This document shows positions 28,381 through 37,739 of a stretch of 64,000 nt of DNA, piece after piece. The stretch is from a virus. Lineage: Duplodnaviria > Caudoviricetes. Position numbers and translations under genes: made by a program. Each line of letters begins with the position of its first letter. The stretch's first letter is position 1. Location of the stretch: the IMG/VR virus record IMGVR_UViG_3300037400_004242. One strand, written 5' to 3'. Below the pieces are notes generated by a model. That model saw only the letters and a list, made by a program, of their open reading frames with translations, made no database searches and was not told the origin of the DNA.

Positions 28381-29300
28381 AATTTTATATTATTATTCCA
28401 ACATATAATCGTTTCGAGAAAATAAAAAATGCAATACAAAGTGTATTGCGACAAACATATGATAATTATCATATCATTATAGTGGATGACCATTCAAATG
28501 AAGATAATTATATGAATTTAAAAAAGTATATTGATAATAATGATAAAATATCATATTATTATTTAACTAAAAATATGGGACATTGTTATGCTAGAAATTT
28601 TGCCTTGAAACAAATTATAAAATTAGATAGTTGGATAAAATATTTAGATGATGATGATGTAATATTACCAAATTGTTTACAAGATATATATGAATATATT
28701 AAAGAAAATAAAAATTTAAATGTTATCACGACAGATTATAATATTTTAGATGAGCATAATAATATTATTAAATGTATGCACCCAAATTATAATGTAGAAA
28801 GCGTATTTAACGGAAATCTAGATACATGTTGTATTTGTCATAAATATTCATTATATCAACAACTGGGTGGATGGGATACGAAATTGTTTCGTATGGCAGA
28901 TGATGATTTTTTCTTTAATTATATTTCTAATGGAAAATATGGATATTTAAACAAAATAACATCTGTATTTTATAGAACTAATGATAAGTCAAGAGTAACT
29001 AAGCAAGTATCTAATTTAAAATTTGTAAAATATATAGCTGATAAATATGCATATTTTAATAAAAAATGTTTGATTAAAACAGAAGAAAAATACATAGATA
29101 GTATTAATAATGCTGAATATAATATTGAATCGTTTATGAAATTTGATATTAATAAAAAATTAACAAATGATTATGATTTTATTATTATGATTAATGATAA
29201 TGATGTTATTAATGAAATTTTTCAACATTATTGGAAAACAAAGGAAAAACATTTTAAAATTAAAAATTCATTATTTATAGAAAATAAACTAAAAAAATGA
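28368..29300 (+). CDS. Glycosyltransferase family 2
   Basis: IIPTYNR, IVDDHS, N.G...ARN, YLDDDD, LGGWD. Confidence 0.9.
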   Translation: MADIKFYIIIPTYNRFEKIKNAIQSVLRQTYDNYHIIIVDDHSNEDNYMNLKKYIDNNDKISYYYLTKNMGHCYARNFALKQIIKLDSWIKYLDDDDVILPNCLQDIYEYIKENKNLNVITTDYNILDEHNNIIKCMHPNYNVESVFNGNLDTCCICHKYSLYQQLGGWDTKLFRMADDDFFFNYISNGKYGYLNKITSVFYRTNDKSRVTKQVSNLKFVKYIADKYAYFNKKCLIKTEEKYIDSINNAEYNIESFMKFDINKKLTNDYDFIIMINDNDVINEIFQHYWKTKEKHFKIKNSLFIENKLKK

Positions 29301-29328
29301 TATAATACCTATATCTTGAATTTAGAAA

Positions 29329-29568
29329 GTGAGGAAGAATATTATGTCAGAAGAACTTAAAACAAATGAACAAGCAGTAGATTCTACAACAGCAGTTATG
29401 GATAATCGTCAATGGGAAAAATTTGCTAAAGGAGATTTAGTTAATTTTCTTGTTAGTCATGGATTGACTAAAATTACTGCTGATGATGGTGCTGGTAAGA
29501 AAGCTGTTGTAAAGTTTACGACAAAAGGAGAATATAACGTAAGCTATACAACAACAGAACTTCTATAA
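29329..29568 (+). CDS. Small hypothetical protein (start likely 29344)
   Basis: SD gaggaag; variant motif TATCTT-N5-TAGA at 29312..29326. Confidence 0.65.
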   Translation: MRKNIMSEELKTNEQAVDSTTAVMDNRQWEKFAKGDLVNFLVSHGLTKITADDGAGKKAVVKFTTKGEYNVSYTTTELL

Positions 29569-29571
29569 GAA

Positions 29572-29910
29572 GTGATTTTTATGGAAACATCTTTTGATAA
29601 ATATAATAACAATGATACGGATAAAAATACGCAACGATTACAATCTATTTTAGAAGGAATCGTTACTATTATGAAACAGAATGAATCTTTAAAACAACAA
29701 ATATCTGAACTATCTAATCGTGTATCTGTTATAGAACATAATGCACAAGTCCAATTGCGTTCAATTGGAGATACATTAGTTTTAACAAACAACATTACAA
29801 ATGATATTGATGATATAAAAGAAAAAATATCTTCTGTTTCTGATAAAGTTGATAATGTAGATTATGATATTAAAAATATTCGTATCTTTAAGTATTACAA
29901 TGGTGAATAA
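29572..29910 (+). CDS. Coiled-coil hypothetical protein
   Basis: Heptad pattern. Confidence 0.6.
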   Translation: MIFMETSFDKYNNNDTDKNTQRLQSILEGIVTIMKQNESLKQQISELSNRVSVIEHNAQVQLRSIGDTLVLTNNITNDIDDIKEKISSVSDKVDNVDYDIKNIRIFKYYNGE

Positions 29911-29966
29911 TTTATATAATAGCAGAGAAAGCCAATTTTCTCTGCTATTTTTTATGAGGTGAGAAC

Positions 29967-30407
29967 ATGGATGAAATAAATATCGGTTTTGTTGGATATA
30001 GTAATATGAATTTTGATATTGAAAAAGCAAAATCAATTATTTATGATATTTTTGATGTCATTGAAAACAAATATTGTAACGAAGAAAATTTAGAGACAAA
30101 AATAAATATCATTTCAGGCGCAACAGATATAGGAATACCGTCATTAGTATATAATGTTGCTGATAATGAGAATTTGAAATATGGAAAATGGTTTACATTG
30201 GTTGGAATTATGGCAAAAGAAGGATATAAATATCCATTATATCCTTGCGACAAAATATATGCTGTTGGAGAACATTTTGGAGAAGAAAGTGAATTTTTCT
30301 TAAATAAATTAAATGCTTTATATAAAATAGGTGGAGGAAAACAATCAGATAAAGAATCTGAACTTGCAAAAAGAAAAGGCATAGTAGTATATGAGTATTC
30401 TTTATAA
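29967..30407 (+). CDS. SLOG/LOG-like Rossmann-fold protein
   Basis: IGFVGYS..IISGAT..GIP..IGGGKQS..E. Confidence 0.5.
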   Translation: MDEINIGFVGYSNMNFDIEKAKSIIYDIFDVIENKYCNEENLETKINIISGATDIGIPSLVYNVADNENLKYGKWFTLVGIMAKEGYKYPLYPCDKIYAVGEHFGEESEFFLNKLNALYKIGGGKQSDKESELAKRKGIVVYEYSL

Positions 30408-30491
30408 AATTTTAAAAAATAACTGATAATTAAACTCTATTTATATATTTTCTCTTTAGATGAATAAAATTTTTTGAAAGGATGATATTCT

Positions 30492-31055
30492 TTGTATAAG
30501 GTTAAATTGACTGGCAATTATAATGTCTACGTACAAGACCTTAACTTTGAATTTACTCCGATTAGGCCAGAGAAGAATTTTTCTGATGAAGAATTTGAAA
30601 ACTCTGAAGATATAAAATCATTTTTAGGTAAGTATCTTGAAGCAACTAAAGGAGCAAAATCAAATGCAACAACTGTTGTTGTAACTAAAAAGGTTCATTC
30701 CGATGTACAAGAAGTTCCATCGAAGAAAGATAAATCAGAAGAAAAACCTGTAATAAATGCAACAAATGCTTCTAAAACTACTTCTGCTGATGTCAAAAAG
30801 AAAGAAAAGACTTTAGAGGAAGAGAAAAAAGGAAGCAAGGATGATACAATTGTTGATGCTACAAATGCTTCTTCTACAAATTCTTCTACAACAAAATCAG
30901 CCAATAAGAAAGATGAAAATCTAAAAGATGATAGCGTTGTAGTAGCTGATGGTGCTTCAAAGACAAGTGCTACTACTAAAAATACGTCTGCTACAAAGGC
31001 TAAAAAGCCAGCTAGTAAGACAACAAAAAAGACAACTACAAAATCTACGAAATAA
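30492..31055 (+). CDS. Lys/Thr-rich low-complexity protein, probably head-associated
   Basis: Repeated (V/I)xATNAS, K/T-rich tail; motif promoter at 30446..30460. Confidence 0.6.
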   Translation: MYKVKLTGNYNVYVQDLNFEFTPIRPEKNFSDEEFENSEDIKSFLGKYLEATKGAKSNATTVVVTKKVHSDVQEVPSKKDKSEEKPVINATNASKTTSADVKKKEKTLEEEKKGSKDDTIVDATNASSTNSSTTKSANKKDENLKDDSVVVADGASKTSATTKNTSATKAKKPASKTTKKTTTKSTK

Positions 31056-31074
31056 TTAAGGATGTGTGACATAA

Positions 31075-31902
31075 ATGAAGAAAATTTCTTGGTTGGAAAA
31101 TTTTGCTGAATCTCGTAAGAAAGCAGTCGAAAAGAAAAAGGCAGTAAAGGCTTCAAAGAAGAGTATCGCAAATGCTGATATGATTATTCTTTCTAAGTCC
31201 ATGCTTCCAAAGGCTGTAGAAGGTAATACAGTTAAATATAAGAATATTAAGTGGAAGGTTGTTAACGCTTCCTATAAGGATGCTAAAGGTTCTGGCGTTG
31301 TTCTAAAGAAGATTGCTGGTATTGATACAAAGCCACTTACGTCTCCTGAAACACGCGCTAGAAAAGACCCGGGCGATGTTTATGACTATAATGTTCGTGA
31401 AACATCAGAAATTCCTGATTTTGAGGAAGCCGCTCGTAATACAGAAGAGCAGATTGCGAAGGAAGATGCTGTTGACCATGATACAACACCAGCCGCTCGT
31501 TATCAGAATGATGTTCTAAAAGATGCTCCTGCTGTAGAAGCTCCGATTTCTGATGAAGAAGCTCCTGTTGTTGAGGATGAAGCTCCTGCTGAAGAAGATG
31601 TTCCTGTTGTTGAAGATGAAGCAACAGAAGAAACTCCTGTTGAAGATGCACCTGCTAATGAATCTCCTGCTGAGGAACCAGCCGCAGAAGATGCTCCTGC
31701 TGAAGAAGCAACAGAAGAAGTCGCTGAGGAAGCTCCTGCTGAGGAAGAAAAAGATGACTTTACATTTGATGATGTAGACGAAGAACCTCTTGACGAAGAA
31801 GCTCCTGCTGAAGATGACGAAGATGCTGATAAGAAGGAAGATAAAAAGGCTTCTGTAAAGCATCAGAACCGTATTCTTGCCGCTATGTTAAAACAGCTTT
31901 AA
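31075..31902 (+). CDS. Acidic EEAPA-repeat protein, candidate scaffold/internal head protein
   Basis: Basic N-terminus, long E/D/A/P tract, high-expression codon usage. Confidence 0.6.
   Translation: MKKISWLENFAESRKKAVEKKKAVKASKKSIANADMIILSKSMLPKAVEGNTVKYKNIKWKVVNASYKDAKGSGVVLKKIAGIDTKPLTSPETRARKDPGDVYDYNVRETSEIPDFEEAARNTEEQIAKEDAVDHDTTPAARYQNDVLKDAPAVEAPISDEEAPVVEDEAPAEEDVPVVEDEATEETPVEDAPANESPAEEPAAEDAPAEEATEEVAEEAPAEEEKDDFTFDDVDEEPLDEEAPAEDDEDADKKEDKKASVKHQNRILAAMLKQL
31520..31830 (+). repeat. Degenerate coding repeat ga(a/t)gctcctg(c/t)tga(a/g)
   Basis: About ten (E/D)AP(A/V)(E/V) units. Confidence 0.75.
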
Positions 31903-31928
31903 TTTTTGATAAACGAGGGGTTTTAAAT

Positions 31929-32495
31929 ATGTTAGATAAGAAGAAATTTCATGAAATTGTAAAGAAACATATGCAGGAAAAGACAGCTAAGGCTTCTGCT
32001 AAAAAGAAGGTAGAGCCAAAGAAGGTTGCAAGCAAGGATGTTGTTGCAGAACGTAAGTTAATTGCAAAGCAGACAAATGTTCTTGCTACACGCCTTGCTA
32101 AGAAACTTGATGACCGCATGGAAAAGATTCTTTTTGATGCGGAAGAAACAGTCAAGACGTATTTCCCTGCAAAATATGTAAGTGCTTCTCTTACAAAGTT
32201 GCAGAAGCTCTTGATTGCAGAAGGTATTTCTTGTAAGTTTGATAAGCGTGTAACGAAGGAAGCTATCAAGAAAACTGCAAATACAGATATTACAACAGAT
32301 GAATGCAATGAAGCTATTAAGAAGGTTGCACAGGCTGTTGTTTCTCTTACAGAGGAAACGCTTGATGCTTGCGATTCTTCTATTAAGAAACTCGCTAAGA
32401 AGCATTTTGCTTCACATCGTATTTCTACAACTCATGCTATGCGTAAGTCTGTTGAAGAAAAGATGAAAACTACAGGACTCAATTTTAAGTTTTAA
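31929..32495 (+). CDS. Basic helical protein with repeated KKxA motifs, candidate head/core protein
   Basis: EKTA, KKVAS, KKTAN, KKVAQ, KKLAK; strong codon bias. Confidence 0.6.
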   Translation: MLDKKKFHEIVKKHMQEKTAKASAKKKVEPKKVASKDVVAERKLIAKQTNVLATRLAKKLDDRMEKILFDAEETVKTYFPAKYVSASLTKLQKLLIAEGISCKFDKRVTKEAIKKTANTDITTDECNEAIKKVAQAVVSLTEETLDACDSSIKKLAKKHFASHRISTTHAMRKSVEEKMKTTGLNFKF

Positions 32496-32572
32496 TAGAT
32501 ATTGAAAATAAAGCACAAACAGTAATGTAAAACTGTTTATGCTTTATTTTTTTTGTAGAAAACCATAAGAAA

Positions 32573-33700
32573 GTGTGGTGTAATAATACTTTGGATTTTT
32601 ATAAAGGAGATATATCAACATTATATTGTGAATTTAAAAAAGATGATAAAATTGTTCAAGTGACAAATCCGAAAGTTCGTGTATTGCATGAATATAATGA
32701 TAATGTATATGAAGATTTGCCTTGGAAGCCAATGGAATCTTTTGATAATGGATATGCATATAAATTTGATACAAATGTCTGTGAAAACTATGGGAAATAT
32801 GTAATTGTATTTTCAGGAGAATATAATGGAGAGCAATTAAATATTTTAGATAGTTTTAATATTATAGCAAGAAACACAGAAGATAATAATACCATATATT
32901 TGTATGGTTTCGTTAACGATATTAATAGTAATCGAATTATAAAAGATGTAAAAATTAAAATTGTAGATTTAGAAAACAATAATATTGTTTATCAAACAAC
33001 TACTGATGAAGATGGAAAATGGGAATCTAAAATTTTTCCAAGTGACTATGAATTTATCTTCTCTTTGGATGGATATGAAGAAAGAACTGTACGTGCTCAA
33101 ATTGGTGATGAAAATGAAGAAATTCAATTCAATAATATTGGATTAGAAAAAAAATCAGATGCATCATTAGGAACAGGAATTTTTAAAATTGAAGATGAAT
33201 TTACATCAAAGAATCATATGGGAATTTCTAATATTTCTATTTCTATTTTTACAATGAATGACTTAAAAAATCCTTTTATTCAAACAAGTACTGATGATAA
33301 AGGAAAATGGAAAGTTTTTTTAGATAATGGAAATTATATTATGAAAATTTCTCTTCCTAGTGGAGTAGAAAAGAAATTCCAATTAAATGTTTACAATGAT
33401 GGTAGTAAAACAATAGAAGAAATAAAAACAAAATCTACTCAAATTGTAAGCAAAGTATTAGATAATGGACATGGGACAGAAGAATTAACAGATTATATTT
33501 TGGATGCACATGGAAATGGGATTCAAAATGCGTTAGTTCAAGCATATAAATATAATCCAACATTAGATGATTATGAATTAGAATGTCAAGACAATACAAC
33601 ATTGGAAGGACAGTTTAATTTAAATTTAAATAAAGGAAAATATAAATTAGTAATTACTTGTGATGGATTTCAAAAAAATACGCAAGTAATAGATGTATAA
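32573..33700 (+). CDS. Structural protein with repeated prealbumin/carboxypeptidase-regulatory-like (Ig-like) domains
   Basis: Repeats TTDEDGKW, STDDKGKW, TTLEGQF..L..G.Y. Confidence 0.65.
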   Translation: MWCNNTLDFYKGDISTLYCEFKKDDKIVQVTNPKVRVLHEYNDNVYEDLPWKPMESFDNGYAYKFDTNVCENYGKYVIVFSGEYNGEQLNILDSFNIIARNTEDNNTIYLYGFVNDINSNRIIKDVKIKIVDLENNNIVYQTTTDEDGKWESKIFPSDYEFIFSLDGYEERTVRAQIGDENEEIQFNNIGLEKKSDASLGTGIFKIEDEFTSKNHMGISNISISIFTMNDLKNPFIQTSTDDKGKWKVFLDNGNYIMKISLPSGVEKKFQLNVYNDGSKTIEEIKTKSTQIVSKVLDNGHGTEELTDYILDAHGNGIQNALVQAYKYNPTLDDYELECQDNTTLEGQFNLNLNKGKYKLVITCDGFQKNTQVIDV

Positions 33701-33714
33701 AGAGGGAGTTTATA

Positions 33715-34116
33715 ATGAAAAAACGTTTAATTGTAGCAGATAAGGCAACAAATATTAAGTCAGCTTTAAAGGATTTGTCTCCTGAGGAAATTATTTCTGT
33801 TGCATCTACTGTTGATTCCGAAGCAACAGTAGATATTTATCCAATGGAAGAATTAGAATCATATGTTGAAACATATTGTAATGGAGATATGATGCGTGCT
33901 TTTAATTTAGGAGCATTTTCTAAAATTAATAGTAGTGACGATTGGTTTGAAGTTGATGGATATAAAAATTTAGAGAGCTTTTCTGATGGTACATTTAATA
34001 ATCGTATTGATTTCGATATGCTAACGGATGATGTTCTAAGTCATGGTGAGGATTCAAATCTTCCATCAGAAATTAATGATTTGCTTGAAAGCGAAATAGA
34101 TGAAGAAGATGCTTAA
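33715..34116 (+). CDS. Acidic small protein with MKKRLIVA N-terminal tag
   Basis: SD gaggga; acidic body. Confidence 0.7.
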   Translation: MKKRLIVADKATNIKSALKDLSPEEIISVASTVDSEATVDIYPMEELESYVETYCNGDMMRAFNLGAFSKINSSDDWFEVDGYKNLESFSDGTFNNRIDFDMLTDDVLSHGEDSNLPSEINDLLESEIDEEDA

Positions 34117-34130
34117 TGAGAGGTGTTCTC

Positions 34131-34367
34131 ATGAAACGTTTAGTCGCTATTACAAATGGAGATTTAGAATATGTGAACGTAGAAGTTAATCCAAATGATG
34201 GAGAAGATTTATTACCATTAAAAAAATTGGATTCTGCGGATGTTAAAAATAATCGTTGTCCTGAATGTAAATATTCTCCGCTTGAAGAACAAGAAGGATA
34301 TTTAATTTGTAAGAATTGTGGGAACGCTTATAAAGTATTCGATAATCAAGTTTTTTTAGTAAAATGA
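34131..34367 (+). CDS. Zn-ribbon protein with MKRLVA N-terminal tag
   Basis: CPEC..CKNCG; SD gaggtg favours a start at 34131. Confidence 0.7.
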   Translation: MKRLVAITNGDLEYVNVEVNPNDGEDLLPLKKLDSADVKNNRCPECKYSPLEEQEGYLICKNCGNAYKVFDNQVFLVK

Positions 34368-34378
34368 GGTTTTAAAAT

Positions 34379-34774
34379 ATGAAAAAACGTTTAATTCAAG
34401 CAGATGTTGATGAAGCACAAGTTAAATCAGATGTAGAACAAGCTATTAGCAATATACAATTTGATGATAAAATTGTAAAAGACTTTGAACAAAGATTTAA
34501 TTCAAAACTACGTTTAGATGATGCATTTATTAAGGCTATGGACGAAGCTGATGTCAATAGTATTCTTACAGAAGACGTATTAGATAGTTTATCTTCAAAA
34601 TATAATGAAGATGATATTGATGTTGATATTTTAAATGATGAAAAGCTTCGTCCATTATTAAAAAAATATCAACATGCATATTATGAAGTCGCTAAAAAAG
34701 TTATGATGGAACAATTAAATTCTATAAATGATAGAATTGAAGGTAGTATTGAGAATGGAAATGTGAACTGGTGA
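34379..34774 (+). CDS. Acidic small protein with MKKRLIQA N-terminal tag
   Basis: SD gaggt; acidic body. Confidence 0.7.
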   Translation: MKKRLIQADVDEAQVKSDVEQAISNIQFDDKIVKDFEQRFNSKLRLDDAFIKAMDEADVNSILTEDVLDSLSSKYNEDDIDVDILNDEKLRPLLKKYQHAYYEVAKKVMMEQLNSINDRIEGSIENGNVNW

Positions 34775-34780
34775 TGTTAT

Positions 34781-35296
34781 ATGAAACCAAACACAATTTT
34801 TCCTAGAATGACATATTATAGTCGTGTTTTGGATAATGTTGATGGTCATGTGTTGTTAAGTTGGGCAAGTACATCACAAAACAAAAGAATCTATTACGGA
34901 AGATGTAATGGAATGGTTGGTGGAGAATCCGAATTCATGGTTGAATTTGATATTTGGAATAATGAACCAGCATGGGATGGTGGAACTCCACAGATGATTG
35001 CTCAAAATGCGGCAAATTGCAGATTACGTATTACAATTCCTCCTGAAAGTCGTGATTTAAATCCTTTCTTTTATGCACGTTGCATTACATATGATTTAAA
35101 TTCTGAATTTCAAGCGGTTGATATGGCACACAGAGAATTGAAAGATATTCAAGGAAACGCAAGTGATGAATATGGTTCAATTTTAGGTGTATCTGACCAT
35201 GCGACGATTCAAACAAAAATAAAACTAAAGAAAGATTCTTTAGTGAAACAGCCAACTTATCAATTTACATTGGACTTTTTGTATAATTATGAATAA
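34781..35296 (+). CDS. Hypothetical structural protein
   Basis: Operon position; FDIWNNE motif. Confidence 0.6.
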   Translation: MKPNTIFPRMTYYSRVLDNVDGHVLLSWASTSQNKRIYYGRCNGMVGGESEFMVEFDIWNNEPAWDGGTPQMIAQNAANCRLRITIPPESRDLNPFFYARCITYDLNSEFQAVDMAHRELKDIQGNASDEYGSILGVSDHATIQTKIKLKKDSLVKQPTYQFTLDFLYNYE

Positions 35297-35687
35297 AATG
35301 CATTGGGAAATAGAAACAAAAAGTGGATTGCATTTGCAAGAAGGTACATCCACTTTTTTAAATGAGACAAAAGATATAAAGAAATGTTTTTTTACAGATG
35401 GTTCTATATGTTGTGGTTTTGATAATGAAGGACATGTATTTTTAAATCAAGTTGTAATAGATTTAAAAATACATCAAGAAATATTAAAATTTTATCAATA
35501 TAAAGAATGTCAGCATAGTCTTTTTAATGATTCGGAAACCATTATTTACTATTTGTGTATGGATGCTACAGATGGAGAGTATCAATATAAATATGTATTA
35601 GAAATGGTTCCATATCGAATTAATTTAAAAGCAAAGAAGTATGATGGAAAAAATCTAATCAATAGTAGAGTTTTACCATTGTTGTAA
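35289..35687 (+). CDS. Hypothetical protein
   Basis: Overlapping operon ORF. Confidence 0.6.
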   Translation: MNKMHWEIETKSGLHLQEGTSTFLNETKDIKKCFFTDGSICCGFDNEGHVFLNQVVIDLKIHQEILKFYQYKECQHSLFNDSETIIYYLCMDATDGEYQYKYVLEMVPYRINLKAKKYDGKNLINSRVLPLL

Positions 35688-35703
35688 TGGAGGTGAAAGC
35701 GCA

Positions 35704-36483
35704 TTGTCAACACCACAAAAAAGCGTTACTTTTACGTGTTTCTTTGATGTTATTGGTAGACAAAGTAATCATAGTTGGAAGTGTGCTTTCGATGTTGTTT
35801 CTGATGATAATGTAAAGTATACTTTACATACAAATAATCAGATAATTCAAAATCCGACAGATATAGATATGTTAAGGTATTGTCCACGTCCTTTAACTGG
35901 CGTTTTACAGAATAAGGAAAAAACTTATGTAAATACTAAAATAGAATTCTTAAGTATGAATCAAATCAATAGTTCTTTTGGTAATGTAGTATCAGAAGTA
36001 TGTTATACAGATAAAGGTGGTAGATATACTTCGTATATTACGCCAGGGTTATATAATATAGACATTTTTGTGAATAATCAAAAAATTACAAAAAGGAATA
36101 TAACTATTAAAAATGGTTTGAAATTTGAATATTTTTTAGAGGTTAAAGGTTTAATTTATAAAAAATATAAAGATACTGTAAGTTTTTGTGGTTCAGATTA
36201 TAAAATGATTTATGGGCAATTAATAGATAACAAAAAGACACCAGTTGATAAATCTGAAATGATTATTTTAGATAAAAATAAAAAATTGGTAACGTATGTA
36301 AAAACAGATGATGACGGAAGATATAAATTTGCATTGAAAAATGGAGAATATATTGTAAAAATTCGTGCGAAAGATTCCCCTATAAAATCTACGAATGTTA
36401 TTTTGGATGATTTGCATGGTTTTCAAGAACAGTTAGGAATGAGTTCTATCTTATTTGGAAAACAAAGTATGATATATTTGTAA
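35704..36483 (+). CDS. Structural protein with prealbumin-like repeats
   Basis: YTDKGGRY..PGLY, KTDDDGRY..NGEY; SD ggaggtga. Confidence 0.65.
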   Translation: MSTPQKSVTFTCFFDVIGRQSNHSWKCAFDVVSDDNVKYTLHTNNQIIQNPTDIDMLRYCPRPLTGVLQNKEKTYVNTKIEFLSMNQINSSFGNVVSEVCYTDKGGRYTSYITPGLYNIDIFVNNQKITKRNITIKNGLKFEYFLEVKGLIYKKYKDTVSFCGSDYKMIYGQLIDNKKTPVDKSEMIILDKNKKLVTYVKTDDDGRYKFALKNGEYIVKIRAKDSPIKSTNVILDDLHGFQEQLGMSSILFGKQSMIYL

Positions 36484-36736
36484 TGTTTCAATACTTGATA
36501 TATTCCCTGTCAGATTCCATTATAAGCATGATATTTTTAGATTCTATCATCACACCACATTATCTATACATACATCACATTATCAATATCACACCATTAA
36601 TATTCATATACTTGATATACTCCCCGTTAAATATAAGTTATTAAATATAACTAAGCCTGTTAAATCTAATTAAGCAGATATATCTAACTAAACTTACATA
36701 TCACATCTAAAATACTTATTTATCCGTGGTGATGAA
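36484..36736. repeat. G-depleted noncoding region with direct repeats
   Basis: atacttgatatattccctgt (36491) and atacttgatatactccccgt (36608); several atcacac/atcacatt units. Confidence 0.7.
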
Positions 36737-37576
36737 ATGATGAACATACAAGTTTTTCAAAAGAACTTACCTGCGCCTACGCATATAGATATTTCATACC
36801 CTAGGGATAACAGACATATTGTAATAACATGGAATGAAGTCAAGAATCCTGATAAAAATTTATTAAATAAAGAAATTAAAAAAGTATATTATAACATTTA
36901 TAAAGGATTCACACAAAACGGAATATTTTATAAATTAAACAATCAGCCATTGACGACGAATCGTTATGAAGATTATAGTGTATCAAAAAATCCACAAATA
37001 CAGAATTGGTATAAAGTTTCCACCGTATATAAGACTGAAGAAGAATATATAGAAGGGAAGTTATCTTTACCGACCTGTTTTCAAGTACATAATACAGACC
37101 GATGGTTTTTAAAGATGAACGAAAGAAGTTTATGGATATTAAAGAATACAGGGATGTTATTTGACTTATATACAAGGAAATTAGATGGAGAAAGATGCCC
37201 ACGATGTTTTGATGATATAAGAGGGAGAGCAGGGACATCAGATTGTCCGATATGTTATGGGACTGGGTATGTAGGAGGATATGACCCTGCATATCAGCTA
37301 TATATTAGATTAAAACCTGCGCAAGCATCTTTAGATGTTACACCGAATCAAATGTTGACATATAATCAACCATGTGGAGCATGGACAATATCAGATACAC
37401 AGATAAAGAATCGTGATGTATTAATATCTCCGACAGGGACAATATATCAAGTTATTAATTCCATGACGAATCAAGCAGGAGGGTATTTATTTCATCAAGA
37501 GTTAAATTTAAAGCCGTATGATGTAAATGACCCGATTTATGATATGAAGAGAACGACATTATATCCTAGGTTATAA
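36737..37576 (+). CDS. Putative head-tail connector/neck protein (FN3-like N-terminus + Zn finger)
   Basis: ITW..V..YNIYK..YED..WYKVSTV; RCPRC..CPICYGTGYVGGY; position upstream of the sheath gene. Confidence 0.6.
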   Translation: MMNIQVFQKNLPAPTHIDISYPRDNRHIVITWNEVKNPDKNLLNKEIKKVYYNIYKGFTQNGIFYKLNNQPLTTNRYEDYSVSKNPQIQNWYKVSTVYKTEEEYIEGKLSLPTCFQVHNTDRWFLKMNERSLWILKNTGMLFDLYTRKLDGERCPRCFDDIRGRAGTSDCPICYGTGYVGGYDPAYQLYIRLKPAQASLDVTPNQMLTYNQPCGAWTISDTQIKNRDVLISPTGTIYQVINSMTNQAGGYLFHQELNLKPYDVNDPIYDMKRTTLYPRL

Positions 37577-37739
37577 AAGTAAGGAATATCTAACTGTCAT
37601 CAGCAGAAAGATATTCCTTTTTATTTAATATTGTTGTATTGTAATGAAAATGAATTAAAAAATAAAGAATATTATAATCATTATTTATTTTTTAGATGAA
37701 TCCAATGGAAACAAAGGGGATAGAGGTGAAGAAACTAAT

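Noticed and set aside
31520-31830. Repeats as a CRISPR or TIGR-type array
   Set aside because: They are in-frame degenerate coding repeats (EEAPA) with no constant repeat/unique spacer structure.
30695-32405. Several minus-strand ORFs (30695, 31358, 31516, 31949, 32058) and similar antisense ORFs elsewhere
   Set aside because: Shadows of strongly biased plus-strand genes, with F/S/L-rich translations and no SD or promoter.
36484-36736. Mini-CRISPR or minus-strand gene
   Set aside because: Only two imperfect 20-nt repeats 117 nt apart, and the minus-strand ORFs are 10 codons or fewer.
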